The notes beneath the pieces are model-generated. The model was not told where the DNA came from and did no database searches. It saw only the letters and a program-made list of their open reading frames with translations. Shown here in pieces: positions 12,005-23,940 of a DNA stretch of 64,000 bases. The DNA is from Plasmodiophora brassicae (lineage: Eukaryota): NCBI GenBank assembly GCA_036867785.1, contig CP145409.1, positions 372,001-436,000 on the forward strand, read 5' to 3'. The first letter of the stretch is position 1. Every line of letters starts with the position of its first letter. The translations under genes were made by a program, and so were the position numbers.

Positions 12005-13363
12005 ATGATGGCGGTTCCAGAAGAGACCGCGCTGGGGGAGGAATCTGCGAGAGAGAGCCTAACTTGGACATTACCATCGATGGACGACCTGACGTTTGCC
12101 ATTGCACTCGCCGCCGTACGACACGCGCGTCCCGAGCCCGAACAGGATGGGCGACTCGAGGTGGGCGCCTTACGCGACCAGCTCGAGCGGGTCACGAAAC
12201 GTACTGTGCGGTGCAAACGCCAGGCAGCGGTCCACGATTGACGATCGCGTGCAGAGAACGAGGCGCTTCAGCAGGAACTGTCGGCGATGGAAGCGAATCG
12301 CGAGGCACGCGGGTCGCCCGCACCTGTCGACATGATCAACATCTACATGCGACACGCGGGCGCCATCGTCCAGACCGATGTCATCCAGCGGTATGTCAAC
12401 GAGTGCCGAGATCCACACCACCGATCAGGAATGTATCCAATGTTGGGTCGTACGTTACGTACGGGCCACCAATAACCGGCCCTTACAGGCGACGTCATGC
12501 TGCGAATCGCTACCGATGTCGTCCTATCGATATCGGATGCGAACGTGCTGCAACGGCTGCAAGACGTTCACGATGCGGCCAGCTGGATTGCAGGTTCGGC
12601 TGGATCCTGTTTGCCGGCGGTTCGGCAATGACGTCATGGTCACACAGATTCACTGGTAGCCGCGTGCGAACGTGGAGCACCGTCGCCTGTCCTCGCCGAA
12701 CGGTTCATGCGGGCGCTCTCGGAGATGGTCACCCAAATGGTGACGTTCGATTGCCTGAAACTTGACTCGTTCAAGACGAGCACTTCGCCAGGGATCGTAG
12801 CTGGATCGTCGCCTCTTCGTGGTACGCTCAATGCCGGTTGCGGCTCCATCGCCTATCAATATAACTGTGGTGCAGATGTTCGACTCCAGTTGCATTCGTT
12901 TATCGTGGCGCTCGGCAAACGCGGGTGTCTGACCGACGTGCTCCTTTCGCTGTGCTGCGCCGAACTCCTGTCTGTGTTCCGCCCTGAACGAACAGGGTCC
13001 GACCGCGACTGGTTGATCCTGTCCCAGAACTCGGCCTACCTCTGCCGGTGCATCGAACAATTGATCGGCATGCGTTCCCAGATGGAAGAGTACCCGGTTT
13101 GTGAAGCTCTCAGCTCACTGATCTCGTACATTCCTGGTCGGCCCAACGGTTCACCCATGCCTGCCGATCACTGATCCGCTGCAGGTCTCCGTCCCTGGGT
13201 GGACATCTGGCAAGACATTCTGCCACTGGCAGCCGATTGTCGCTCGGTGTCGCCGCTGGTCACCTCGCAAGTCTGGCGAATCACCGCCTTGCTCGACGGC
13301 GGCGCGGGCCTCGCCTGGACAACAGCCCTGAGCACCATACGCAGCCAGACAGGCGACCGTTGA
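12005..13363 (+). CDS. Putative meiotic double-strand-break factor MEI4/REC24/PRD2-like, multi-exon
   Basis: N-terminal DLTFAIALAAVRHARP, internal QNSAYLCRCIEQLI and C-terminal SPLVTSQVWRITALL resemble, from memory, three MEI4 signature motifs in the right order. Stop TGA at 13361-13363. Confidence 0.5.
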
Positions 13364-13398
13364 ACGCAATCGTTGCAGAATTATAATGGGAGACGCGT

Positions 13399-15540
13399 TT
13401 ACTTCTTACGGCCGCGCTCCTTCAGCTCGAACGTCAAGGTCGTATTCGAGCGAACGTTGTAGAAGGCGAGCGACTCGCTGTCCTTGAGCCAGCGTCCGTC
13501 GGGCAATTGCAACTTCATCTTGTTGGCGGCAAGCCCCTTCAAACGCTCGCTTAGAGCCTGCTTGACCTGCAGCGTGGTCGACAGCACAGGAAGCGACAGC
13601 GGAACGGTCTGACCGGACAGGTTCCATTCGTTCGGGTCGTCGGCCTTCGGGAGCTGAACAGTGAGGGAGACGGGGCCAGGGTTCGCTCTGGCGAATTCGT
13701 CAGCTGACATGGCTTCGGGTCCGCGCGCCTTCTTAGCCGGTGGTGCTCCTGGGGCACCTGCAGGTCTGGGATGTGGCGGCATTGGACCAGGTGGATGCAT
13801 CTGCCCAGGTGGCGGCATCATTGGCATCGGAGGCATCATGTGAGGAGGCATCGGAGGAGGAACGTGCATCGGCATGGGAGGGAACCCAGGAGGCGCGGCG
13901 AATTGTGGCGGTGGTGCCGGCGGGTATCCATGCATTCCTTGAGGCGGCATCGGGTATCCCATCGGAGCTGCCATCATGGACGCTTGATGATCCCAGCCCC
14001 ATGGCTGAGGTGGGGCCGCTGACGGAACAGCAGGAGCTTGAGCAGAATGCTGATCCTGAACTGGAGGAGCCTGCTGTTGTTGTTGTTGTTGCTGCTGCCG
14101 CTGCTGTTGGAACTGCTCCACAGCTGGTTCAGGTTCGGCAGGTTTCGTCGTGAAAATGTCCTGTCGCCGACGAGCCAATTCGCTGAGGTGCTCACTGATC
14201 TCGCGACCGCTCAGCAGGTTACTGTCACGATGCTTCTGGGCACTGGCCTGCTTCTGGTCCTTCCAGCGCGGGTCCAGCAAGCAGATGCGGACGTGCTCCG
14301 ACAGCTCAGTCGCCCGAACGAGCTCGCTACAATTCGGGCACTTCTGGAACTGGATCGCACGATCCGCCTGCTTCTCTGCGGCCGGTCGTCCAGCAGAAGC
14401 GCGCGTATCATCGTCGATCGGTTCCATCTCCATATCCATTTCCGTGTCGCGCTCCATGGCCGACGCCTGATTGGCGGCGAGTCGATCCTGCGCGTCCAGC
14501 GCACGGTTGATCTCCTCGATCGTGTGGAACGGTGCCGGCAGGAACGTGTTCTCGTCCTCGGTGAAGTCCACGGTTCGAAGAACGACAAAGTCGTGCCAGT
14601 CGATTGAACCGATGGCGACACGTTCAGCCTCGTCCTCCATTTCCCGCTCGCCCGACAGTCGTTCCTGGATGCGTTCGTACTCGATGCGTCCCAGGATCTC
14701 CTCCTGCACGATCGACGGGTCGTTCAATTCGGCCTCAGCTTTGGCCAGACGCGACGCCCGCTTCTCCGCATCCATGATCGACTCGTACGCTTCGACCATG
14801 CCCTGGAACAGCGCATAGCACGGGTGCGATGGCCTCAGGAAGTCAAACTGGGCGTTACGTGCCTCGCGCGTCAGCAGAGCATTCAGGAACGTCTTGCCCT
14901 GACTGGCGACGTAACGACCCGCAAGCCGAACGATGTCGAGGTCGAGTTGCGACATCTCGTAGGGCAAGCGCGGGATACACAGCTCTTCAGGGGCTGAACT
15001 CGTCGGGATGATGTTCGCCTGGTTCGAACGGGCAATGTCCAGCTTCAAGCGCTCCGAGAACGTTAGGGCCTTCTTTGGCGCCGCCTGCGTCGCCTCACGA
15101 CGCTGCTGCTCGCGTTGCTGTTCGAGAGCGGCAGCCTCGGCGGCCTCCCTCTCAGCGGCCTGGGCGGCTTCCGCTGCTAATCGCTTCTGTTCCTCCTCGG
15201 GCAACAGGAGATGCACGAGCTTCGACTTGTAGTACGCGTGGTACGGGTTATCGGGATGCAGGAAATCGAACCTTCTGTCATTCTGCTGCTTCGACAGGAT
15301 AACCGCCTCGAACGCGGTGCCGTGCTTCGCGACATACGCCGCAGTCTTCTCGATGATGGCTGTACAACGGTCGGGCCAATCAGTCGCATGGGTGAACGAA
15401 CCGGCCAGCATCCTACGTCGCAAATCAGGCGGGGGGACGATGACGTTCTGGATATCGGGCAGGACGAGCTCGTTGTCGTCGTCGCCGGCGCCGTTCGCCG
15501 CCGCCGCTGCTGGGCCGTCCGGCATGGCCACGGCTGCCAT
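13399..15540 (-). CDS. SF3A1: Splicing factor 3A subunit 1 (two SURP domains, PRP21-like, Pro-rich, C-terminal ubiquitin-like)
   Basis: IVPPPDLR..IIEKTAAYVAKHG..FE, FDFLRPSH, IDWHDFVV, H.RI.LLDPRWK and C-terminal LAFYN...LKERGRKK. Probable in-frame intron near 15360-15415. Confidence 0.95.
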   Translation of the reverse strand: MAAVAMPDGPAAAAANGAGDDDNELVLPDIQNVIVPPPDLRRRMLAGSFTHATDWPDRCTAIIEKTAAYVAKHGTAFEAVILSKQQNDRRFDFLHPDNPYHAYYKSKLVHLLLPEEEQKRLAAEAAQAAEREAAEAAALEQQREQQRREATQAAPKKALTFSERLKLDIARSNQANIIPTSSAPEELCIPRLPYEMSQLDLDIVRLAGRYVASQGKTFLNALLTREARNAQFDFLRPSHPCYALFQGMVEAYESIMDAEKRASRLAKAEAELNDPSIVQEEILGRIEYERIQERLSGEREMEDEAERVAIGSIDWHDFVVLRTVDFTEDENTFLPAPFHTIEEINRALDAQDRLAANQASAMERDTEMDMEMEPIDDDTRASAGRPAAEKQADRAIQFQKCPNCSELVRATELSEHVRICLLDPRWKDQKQASAQKHRDSNLLSGREISEHLSELARRRQDIFTTKPAEPEPAVEQFQQQRQQQQQQQQQAPPVQDQHSAQAPAVPSAAPPQPWGWDHQASMMAAPMGYPMPPQGMHGYPPAPPPQFAAPPGFPPMPMHVPPPMPPHMMPPMPMMPPPGQMHPPGPMPPHPRPAGAPGAPPAKKARGPEAMSADEFARANPGPVSLTVQLPKADDPNEWNLSGQTVPLSLPVLSTTLQVKQALSERLKGLAANKMKLQLPDGRWLKDSESLAFYNVRSNTTLTFELKERGRKK
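14072..14108. repeat. CTG/TTG trinucleotide run encoding poly-Gln in SF3A1
   Basis: ctgctgttgttgttgttgttgctgctgccgctgctgttg. Confidence 0.8.
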
Positions 15541-16515
15541 CGTGCTGCACCAACCGCCACGGACACCGCGGCACCTGTGACAGCCGCCGCCGACATATCG
15601 CCGCTGACGCCCGTACGTACTGCGCGCGTCCTCTGGCTGTTCCATTGCAAACCAAACCCCCACTGAACCTGCGTCGTTTCGGATGGTATACGATCCCGCT
15701 TCCCGCACGGTTTGTTTCGTGAACGAAAGCAACGCGAAGCACTAGAGCCCAGACATTCCGCTTTATTTCATCATGCCCCGCGACCGTCGTCCTGGCAAAC
15801 GCCACCTCTTAGAACGCCTTGGGCACGTCTTCGGGCTGGGTCTCCGTCAACTGGGAAACGAGTTTCTGTGGACGTCGCGTTATACACGTTTGCGGTATGG
15901 TCCAGCCAGGACAGATTTCCGACCTTCGTCTTCCGTTCCACGTTTCGGTCATGGTTCGATTTGTGCATGGGATGTGGGCGGCTCTTGTCGCATCGAGTCT
16001 CGCCGGTACGCAAGGGTTTATTATGCCCAGATCCCAGACCCTGCGCAGGTTGGAAAACTCAGACGTGATCGAACCGCCACGGTTTGACCCTGTCGGGTAC
16101 CCACCTCGATTTCCTCCTCCGTCTGCGCGTCGCGGTGACGGGGAGCAATCGACACCGGGTACAGCGCAGGGTCGTTGACAGGATCTAGGTCAGTTGGCTC
16201 CATGATCCCTGCTTCTCGGACATCGGGTGTCGCGTTCACCATCGACGACTCACTGCTCTCCTCGCAACGTATCCACAAAACGTATGAACGCTGACCTGCC
16301 GCTCACGACTGAATCGATTGCTGCCGACCGACCATGCGGAATGGGGCCCCCATATTTGACTCCTGCCGCATGTCGAAGCATTCGGATCGGGGACGGGGAA
16401 GCGGATCGGGAGCGCAGTACCGCCGTCGTCTCTGTTTACGATCGTTCCCGGGGGCATCGCGGGCCGATAGAGATAGACGGTTCAGTGTTTAGTGAGATCA
16501 TGGGCCTCGGGTCGG

Positions 16516-19156
16516 TTATGACCGGGCATCTTGGGGTAGGGAAACGTTCCCGCAGAGGCACAGGGCCGGGTCCATTCCGGCGGGTGTGCACTGCTCGAAC
16601 ATGCCGAATTCCGACTCGCGGCGCAGCGTGTCGAAGGCCCAGTACCGGCCGATCAGTTCCTGCTGGTCGAACCGCGGTTGCAGGACGGAATTGACGACAG
16701 CAAACGTCGCCGACCCAATGGTTCTACCCTGATGACGCAGGAGGACTGCCCATGGACCAGGAACGAGTCGAATATCGTCTAGGTGGACAACCGGGTCCTG
16801 CATCCACCAGCGTCGTCGGACGGGCCTGGTTTGCGGATCCAGCGCGTGATCGGCGTGAAGAAGCACCAGGTGCGACCCTCGCTACGAAGGAACATGATCA
16901 GCAGACGGCGTAACAAGCAGTATCAGGGACAGCCCAACCGGAACTTGATGTACGTTCTTGATTGGTCGCATAAGAACCGATATTGGCGTGCCATGCACCA
17001 TGTCGACCACGGAAACGGGCCCGAGAAAGTGCCGATGCTCGCTATCCCAGTGTGTGCCAACCGCAAGATCGAACGACTCGGGCCCGTCCCCGTGCATCCA
17101 CCTGCGCGCGACACAGTCCGTTAGTAACCACATTGGTGATATCTGGGCCGCCTGCGTCACCTGGGCGGTTCGCTGTGGCGAACGTAATAGGCTGTGAATG
17201 TTTCCACGGCACTCCTCTGGACGAGGCCGTTCGTCGTGACAGCGAGCTGGACGGCCAGACGATCAACGAAAGGGTTGTTCCTGTCAACGCGGTCGAGCAG
17301 GACCATCGAGCGAGGCTCGGCAGCGTATCTGGCATGCTCGCAGACGTTTCGTGCTGGCTCGTTGACCATGTTGAGGAAGTTCAGGGCACTGACGGCTAAC
17401 GGGTACGACGGCCGCATGAGCGTTTCCAGACGAACGGCGCACCCACAGAACTTGTAATTGACATCGTATTCGGGCTCGACGACATCACAGTCGCGTTTGG
17501 CGTCGATCTCCGACGCGAACAGGCCGCGATCGTGGGCGTCGGGTGACGCCACCCATCGCAACGTGTGGAATATGTCCAGGGGGAATACGAGGCGCTCTTC
17601 GTTGGCAATGGCGTTCTGAAGGTGGTCGACTGCCAGAAACGAAGCCGGCATCGACACGAACAAGGTCGGGAGTTTACCCTCGAATGCACCCAGGTCGCTC
17701 GCTGCGAATGGGCCGTACCCGAGGCCATGATCCGACATGAGGACGACCATGACGTCTGGATGTGCACTTAGCGTACGCTGGATAAACGTGGACAGTGGTG
17801 CGTCCGCGCTGGGCGCTCGCTTCGCTGCCGGCTCATGTCCAGTGTTGAAGACCGATACCGAGAAGAGCGGGACAGAGTTGGCCGTTGCCATATCCAGTAG
17901 CTGCGATAGGCGCTGGAATTCGAGCTCTTCGAGGGACTGGCGCCCGGCACAAAGTGCCTTCATATCGGAACGGGTGTAGAGCAGACGTGCGTCCCAGCCG
18001 GTCCCGTTCCGAATGAGCGGATCCATGATCGTGTAGAAGTTGTAGTCGGCCAGGCCGGTGACGACTTCCAGGATCTCGTTGTCCGTCCCGTTCGGGAGCA
18101 TCAGCTTGCCCAGCGACGACGTCCACTGCAGCCCGCTCTGATCCATCAGGCTTGTCACGTATCCTGCCGCCTTGAATTCCATGAATAGGTTCCTGACCGA
18201 CTCCCCGTCATGTTCGATGCCCTGCCGGTGATTCAGCATTGGGCAACGGACGCTGAGGGACTACGACTTACTGAGGCGTTCAAGTATCGGTCAACATAGG
18301 AGACGTTGCTCCGGTTCAGTTCATGATTCAGGGATTGCCAGCGCCCTATGGAATACCCGGTGAGAACGGGAAGGAAGTTCCCGTTCGTCCCCACAGCGGC
18401 GGTGCTGAACCGTTCAAACCCCAGCTGAATGTGGGACCCGGATATCTCCCCTCGTCGAACGCCCTGCAAGGTCTGCACCGTCTTGGGGAACTGCCGAATG
18501 AACTGCCCGCGAGAGACGGAATCCACCATCAGTACGAGAACGTGTGGCCTCGTGCGGCTGCCCTGGTTGGCCTGAATAGCGCGCCGCGCCCTGTCCGTAC
18601 TGGTCCGGTCCAGAACGGCTCGGACATGGACGTCGATCATTTTCGGCTCGGTGCATTGTACGACGACTTGCTGCCAGTCGCGAAGGTCGACCGATGCGGG
18701 TGCCGTCCCAAGCAGCAACGGCATCACTTGGCGGCCGTTGCTTCCGAACAGCATCACGGTCCCGTTGCATGCCCCCTTTATCAGCAGCTGGTTCGTGTCG
18801 TCGTCCACTGATGTAAACTGATGCGGATCGCTGTTCGGGTCGTCGCGACATCTGCCAATATCGTGGCTGTGGGACAGTCCCGATGTCGCCCCCCATTTCT
18901 CAGCCAGGATCTGCCATGGCACACGCGAGATGAACGTCGGATTGCAACTGAGATGCGGCTTGAACGGTGGATGCATTCCCAACGATAACGGCCGTGTCCG
19001 AAGCAACGTCACCAAGGAATCCCAGTCCGCACCAACCAATGCCCCCGATTTCCAATCCGCCCCCGGCAGGCGTCGCGCGGTCCACAGGAACATCACAACG
19101 GCCAACGTGACGACGGTCGCCAGCATTGCTCGCAGACGCGCCATGAATCCCGGCAT
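16516..19156 (-). CDS. Type II membrane DUF229 (alkaline-phosphatase/sulfatase-superfamily) protein with C-terminal Xylo_C-like domain
   Basis: Signal anchor MLATVVTLAVVMFLW; DUF229 motifs VLVLMVDSVSRGQFIRQFPKT and VLMSDHGLGYG...EGKLP. Introns at about 18225-18271, 17102-17160 and 16882-16944 link to AVGTHWDSEHRHF...LVPGPWAVLLRHQG...LIGRYW. Confidence 0.75.
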
Positions 19157-19489
19157 ACCACACTGTGATCCCGCTCCGACACCCGGCTCCGACGAAACGC
19201 GCCCTCGTCCACATGATGCGGCGTTCGAGTGCAGTCGCCGACGCGGCGCGGAACGGAACCACAAAGCGTGGGGGTCTTGTCTCTCGGTGAGAACCCCGTG
19301 ACGCCGTAACGGTACGGTGCACCTTCTAAATGCGGCCAAGGGCAACGTTGTGCAGTGCTATTTTTGGTTGGACGCGTTCCGCTGCGTCGTCGGCAGTGTC
19401 AAGCACAGCGGCCGATGGCGCTGCGCTCGTAGCTGGCAATGTGGGATCCCAGCGCACGTCGCATGCGATGCCACACGTTCGCGGCGACC

Positions 19490-21482
19490 ATGCCGGAACA
19501 CGGGCGCGTCAAGAGCGCTGATGAAGGGCCCGAGCGCGTCCGGAAGCGAAGCAGGCGCAGGCGCGTTAAACACCGGGAAATCCGGTTCGGGCTGCGCGAG
19601 CTATTCGCGATCTCGTTCAGGCTGCTGTGTGGATGCATTCAGTTCGTCGTCGCCATGTCTGTCTTGATTGCCGTCTCCGTGGTCTGGGCCATTCTGTTCG
19701 CGTCGTCAACGCCCGATGACATCCGGGGTGTCCGGCTCGGCTCCGTCGGGCCGCTGACGAGAGAGCAGCAGTTACAGGCGATGACGGCCTGGAGCGAGAT
19801 GGCGCAGATGATGGTGTCGACGCTGGTCTACAAGTACATGACCGGCGAGGAGATACGCATCTGCCTGAACAATCTCCTTTGGCGTACTCAGTTGCCGACG
19901 TTCACGTCGATCGACGTCCTGGAATTCCTGCCTGTACATAAGCTGTCTCGTGCGCACCTGTCGAAAGTGCACCCACTTGTAAGATGGCAACTGGAACATC
20001 AACTGCTACGTTCGTCGCACTGATTGGTGCTCAGGTGCTAATCGCTACAAACGTTGCCGATGGCAACAACGAACGATTCCAGTTTGACGTTTCAGGAGCG
20101 TTCCCCTTCTTCAATGCGTCGTTGTCGCTGTTCGGTATAAGAGAGCAGGTCAGCGACGGTTTGTCGCTGGCCGGTCGCATTGCTCTTCAGATCCCGGACG
20201 ACATGTACGAGTCCACACTGAAGATACTGAACGTGCGAAGCGCAAAGTCTGTAGCAACTGGCCGAAACATCATGTTCTTCAGGAAATGGTTGCTTCGGTA
20301 TTCCCCGCCTATCTACCTCATCTGGGCGGATGGCCCTGAAGAAGCGCGGTTAGGAGTATGATGACGTGGGTGATCCTTTGGCAAGGTGCGCAGTTGCTGA
20401 CCCGTTATTCCCTCAGGTTATTGAACGTGAGATTGAAACTGTCGAAGACGAACGATATGACGAATCACAATGGATCGCGAACACACGGCTGAAGAGTGAT
20501 CGGCCAGTTCCCGTCAGGTCTCTTGGTAGCACCGTCCCAGAGCCATTTCGGAGGCACAAGGCTCCGCCGAACGCGCTTGATGTCCCTGTGAAGATTTGTA
20601 ATCTGAGCGACAAACAGCTCGAGAAGGGCTCGACCGTTTGGACGCGTTTCGCCCAAAGGCTTTTGTACACGTTCACTCTAAACCCCTCCATTCAGACGAC
20701 GCTGAGGACCACGCTGGAGAATGCATGCAATTCGTGGGTTGGCTTCGAGGATGCTGATTGACGTTCATCTCACCGTGCTGGGTTATCCAGAATGTCTGGT
20801 CCAATTCGGCTCCGCATCCTTGGCATGGATCTTGGAGTTCATAGCGTGCATGATGCACCTCAGTTTGAGATGAGCAGCCAAGGGCAGCATCGAGAGGCCT
20901 TTACCTATAAGGTTGACGAACTCGTTTCGGTTTTAGAGTGACACGTACCGTAATGATAGTGATATATCAGGCGTTCATGTACATCAACTGGAAGAAACTA
21001 AAGGTCAAGATGGCGGTGGACGGCATTATGAATTCGTCATCGGTGGTGTTCGACATTACAAATTTCAGGTTGTCCGGGCCGGTAACGTTTCGGATAATCC
21101 ACCGTAAGCGATGTGGTCGTCGCCCACCGAGTGCACGCGCTAATACCTGCCTCTAGCACTACTCGTCGAGGTCGACTTCATCACCATGTCGTTCGACCTT
21201 CCGCCCATTTTTGACTTCGACCTCCAAATTGACCTCAGTCGTAGCCACCTGTTTGGTGCTATGCTAACAGACACCCGGGGTGCGCTGGTTATGTTATTCG
21301 AAACGCACCTGACGAAGGCCTTTGTCACAAAGTACGTCCACAACTTCCTGATGTACATGACCGAACCGCGAACCGTCAGCATCCCGTGGCTGGTTGACCG
21401 TGGCGACATCCAGTTCTCCAGTGATGCTGCCCAGCACGTCTATCGGTGGCTCCGAAGACTCTTCCTTGGCGCCAGCCGGTGA
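19490..21482 (+). CDS. Membrane-anchored putative tandem SMP/TULIP-like protein (paralog B), multi-exon; start uncertain
   Basis: Aligns by eye with paralog A: LTREQQLQAMTAWSEMAQ vs MTDQQQLQALSASAEFGQ, and TEPRTVSIPWLVD..IQFSSD..QHVYR vs TYPNTLSVPWITD..LLFSSD..QKIYR. Confidence 0.5.
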
Positions 21483-21641
21483 CAACGTGCCACTCCCAGT
21501 AGCTACCCGTATTTATATGTACGACAACATACACACAATAGCATGAATAGGCTGATCTGGACCGCGTTAGCCCATCGCGTCACTCTTCGTGGACGACCGC
21601 CGGTAGACTGCGATTGTTTTTGTGCGAATCCGGGATCCCGG

Positions 21642-22260
21642 ATGGACGACGCCCGGCTGAACGCCTTGTCCGAGCAGTTTGACCCTGCAGTTGCCCTGCT
21701 GTACGCGGACCGCATTGTCCCTGCTGATGGTGCACCTCGCGACACCGTCCGACACTGTGCGTCGCTGCTGCATCCGTCGGATCCCAATTATCGTCCGCGA
21801 CGTTCGCACACGCGGGCCAGGCCGCGACGGGCGCCCCCGGCAGCGAATCCGCGAGACCAACAGGAGCACGCCCTTGCTGGGCCGGAACCGAAACCGGAAG
21901 ACGCGAGGCATGTCGATGGGCCGTTAGGTCTGCTGAGTACGTTGCTTGAACGTCGTCTTCGGGTTCGAGTTGTAATCCGGCGGCACAAGGGCGTCCGCGG
22001 ATGCTGTACTGGGTACCTCAAAGCGTTCGACAAACACTTCAACATGGCAAGGCTTGCACACAGTTATGCTATCGACGCGACTGACGTCGCATCCTTAGGT
22101 GCTCTTGGATGTCGAGGAGACGTTCCATGATTTCGAGTGGACGGATCGGGCCAATGGGAACGGGCGACGCAAACGGAAGGTCGTTCGTCGGCGATGCGTT
22201 CGGCAGCTCCTGATTCGAGGGGACGCGGTCGTCATTGTCGGGCCGGCTCCACCAGGTTAA
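21642..22260 (+). CDS. LSM11: U7 snRNP-specific Sm-like protein LSm11
   Basis: [10 protein letters not shown]-terminal motif; GPLGLL...[37 protein letters not shown]...[13 protein letters not shown]. Requires a GC-AG intron at 22047-22098. Confidence 0.8.
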
Positions 22261-22296
22261 TCCCAGGAAAACAATGGATAGCGTCACTGTAATTTA

Positions 22297-23772
22297 TCAT
22301 CTCGGGGTGGGTCTCGGAAGGTGGTCTTTGAGTTCAGCAAGGAATGACGCAACCGTGTCAGGACGCTGGTTGTCTCGGGGAGAAACCTTCACTCGCGTAA
22401 CATTCTCGGAAACGGGAAGCAGGTCGATTCGGAAATCCGAGGGGGCGGAACGCTGTTCTGGATCCTGGGAACGATAGACAAGCAATAATATAGGCGACTT
22501 GACAGTCATACCCCAACAGCGTTGGCTGATGAAAACGGAGATTGGGTCGACAATCGATGCGAGACCTAGCGGTACTGCAAATGCGGACAGGTTCTGATCG
22601 GATGGCGTTGACGACATCTGATCAACGTGCAGATCAGGCGTGAACGTCCATGCCAACCCCCATCGTGCTTGCTTGCCCTGCGTGAACGTTGTTGTCCGAA
22701 CGCAAACCGGATTGACATCGCGTATTAATCGCTGGAGCTCAATTAGCGACGATTTCTTCCCGATCATCGTCGTAAACCAACTATCAACAACGTTACTTCT
22801 CAAGACGAAGGCTGATGTACCGGGAGGCACACCTAATCCTGTCGCGAAGAACAACACTCTCACGAACGATCTGGGCGACGAACTCGACTTCGCCACCAGG
22901 ACAGACAAGTTCAGACGGTGTCGCGCGACACACCTGATATGCACTTCAGAGAGAATCCTATACCTTTGGTACCAAACTGGGATACCCGTTTAGCATTCAG
23001 ACCAGTCTGTTGTAAGTCGTCGAAGAACGGCGGGTTGCACACCGTAAAGTGGTATCTGCGAAGACAGGCAGCGGATATGAGAAGGGTGTGGGGGCAGAAG
23101 AACAAATCGCACCGACTTGGTTCTTTCTGGGATAACGCCTACAAGAACGTCACGAGCTGACGGGCTCTGGACGACCTCAATTCGGCCTTCGAGCCGGTTG
23201 TCGGATATGTTCTTGCGGGCTGATTCCACTGACTCTGGGTCGATCTCGGTGGCAAGGAACTTCCACCCTTTCGACTGGCCCAACAACGGAAAGATTGCCG
23301 ACGCCCCAGTCCCGATATCAATCCCCCATATCTCTTCACCGGAAGGCAGTTGGAGAAATGACAGCAGTTCCTGTTGGTGCAGTCAGATGCGAAGCAAGGG
23401 CGCTTAGCGGCATTGCACCTCGATCCAACAAATGTAGTTGAGACGCTGGGGTACAGGAGGGCATAAATGGTGCTCCGGGAGACTGAATTGCAGACCAAAG
23501 TCGTGCCTGAGGAGAACCCTTGTGACTGCGAGAAGAGCCTGCGGGTCGTTCCAATCGATCGTTACGTAGCCGCTTCCAGTTGGCCTGACACTATACCAAC
23601 GAGGTGCATCAGTCCTCATACGGCACCCAGTCCGGGCGCCGGCTTACAATGGTCGGAACTCTTCATACAGTTCTGCCAAGCGTTCGAAGTCGGGAGGACT
23701 GGAATAGTATGGACTACGTGGATGGTGGCGCTCTGCGCTCGCATCACTGGACGGTTTCCGCCTCTTGCCCAT
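22297..23772 (-). CDS. METTL16: U6 snRNA (adenine-N6) methyltransferase METTL16/RlmF-like, multi-exon
   Basis: [82 protein letters not shown] and [13 protein letters not shown]. Confidence 0.92.
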
Positions 23773-23940
23773 CCTGGAGATGCAGCGGACTCCGTCCGGA
23801 CTGGTGCCATTTGGGCCGGAATCGCTACGTTCAACCCTGGGTCCCGCTGTTCATTCGGATCTGCAACATCTGATGCAGTCCACTAGTAGCACCCAACGAT
23901 AAATACATGCTTGTTTAATGCGACGGCGAGACTTAAACAA

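Noticed and set aside
15712-16500. Overlapping short ORFs between SF3A1 and the DUF229 gene
   Set aside because: No recognisable motif; strand and frame cannot be determined.
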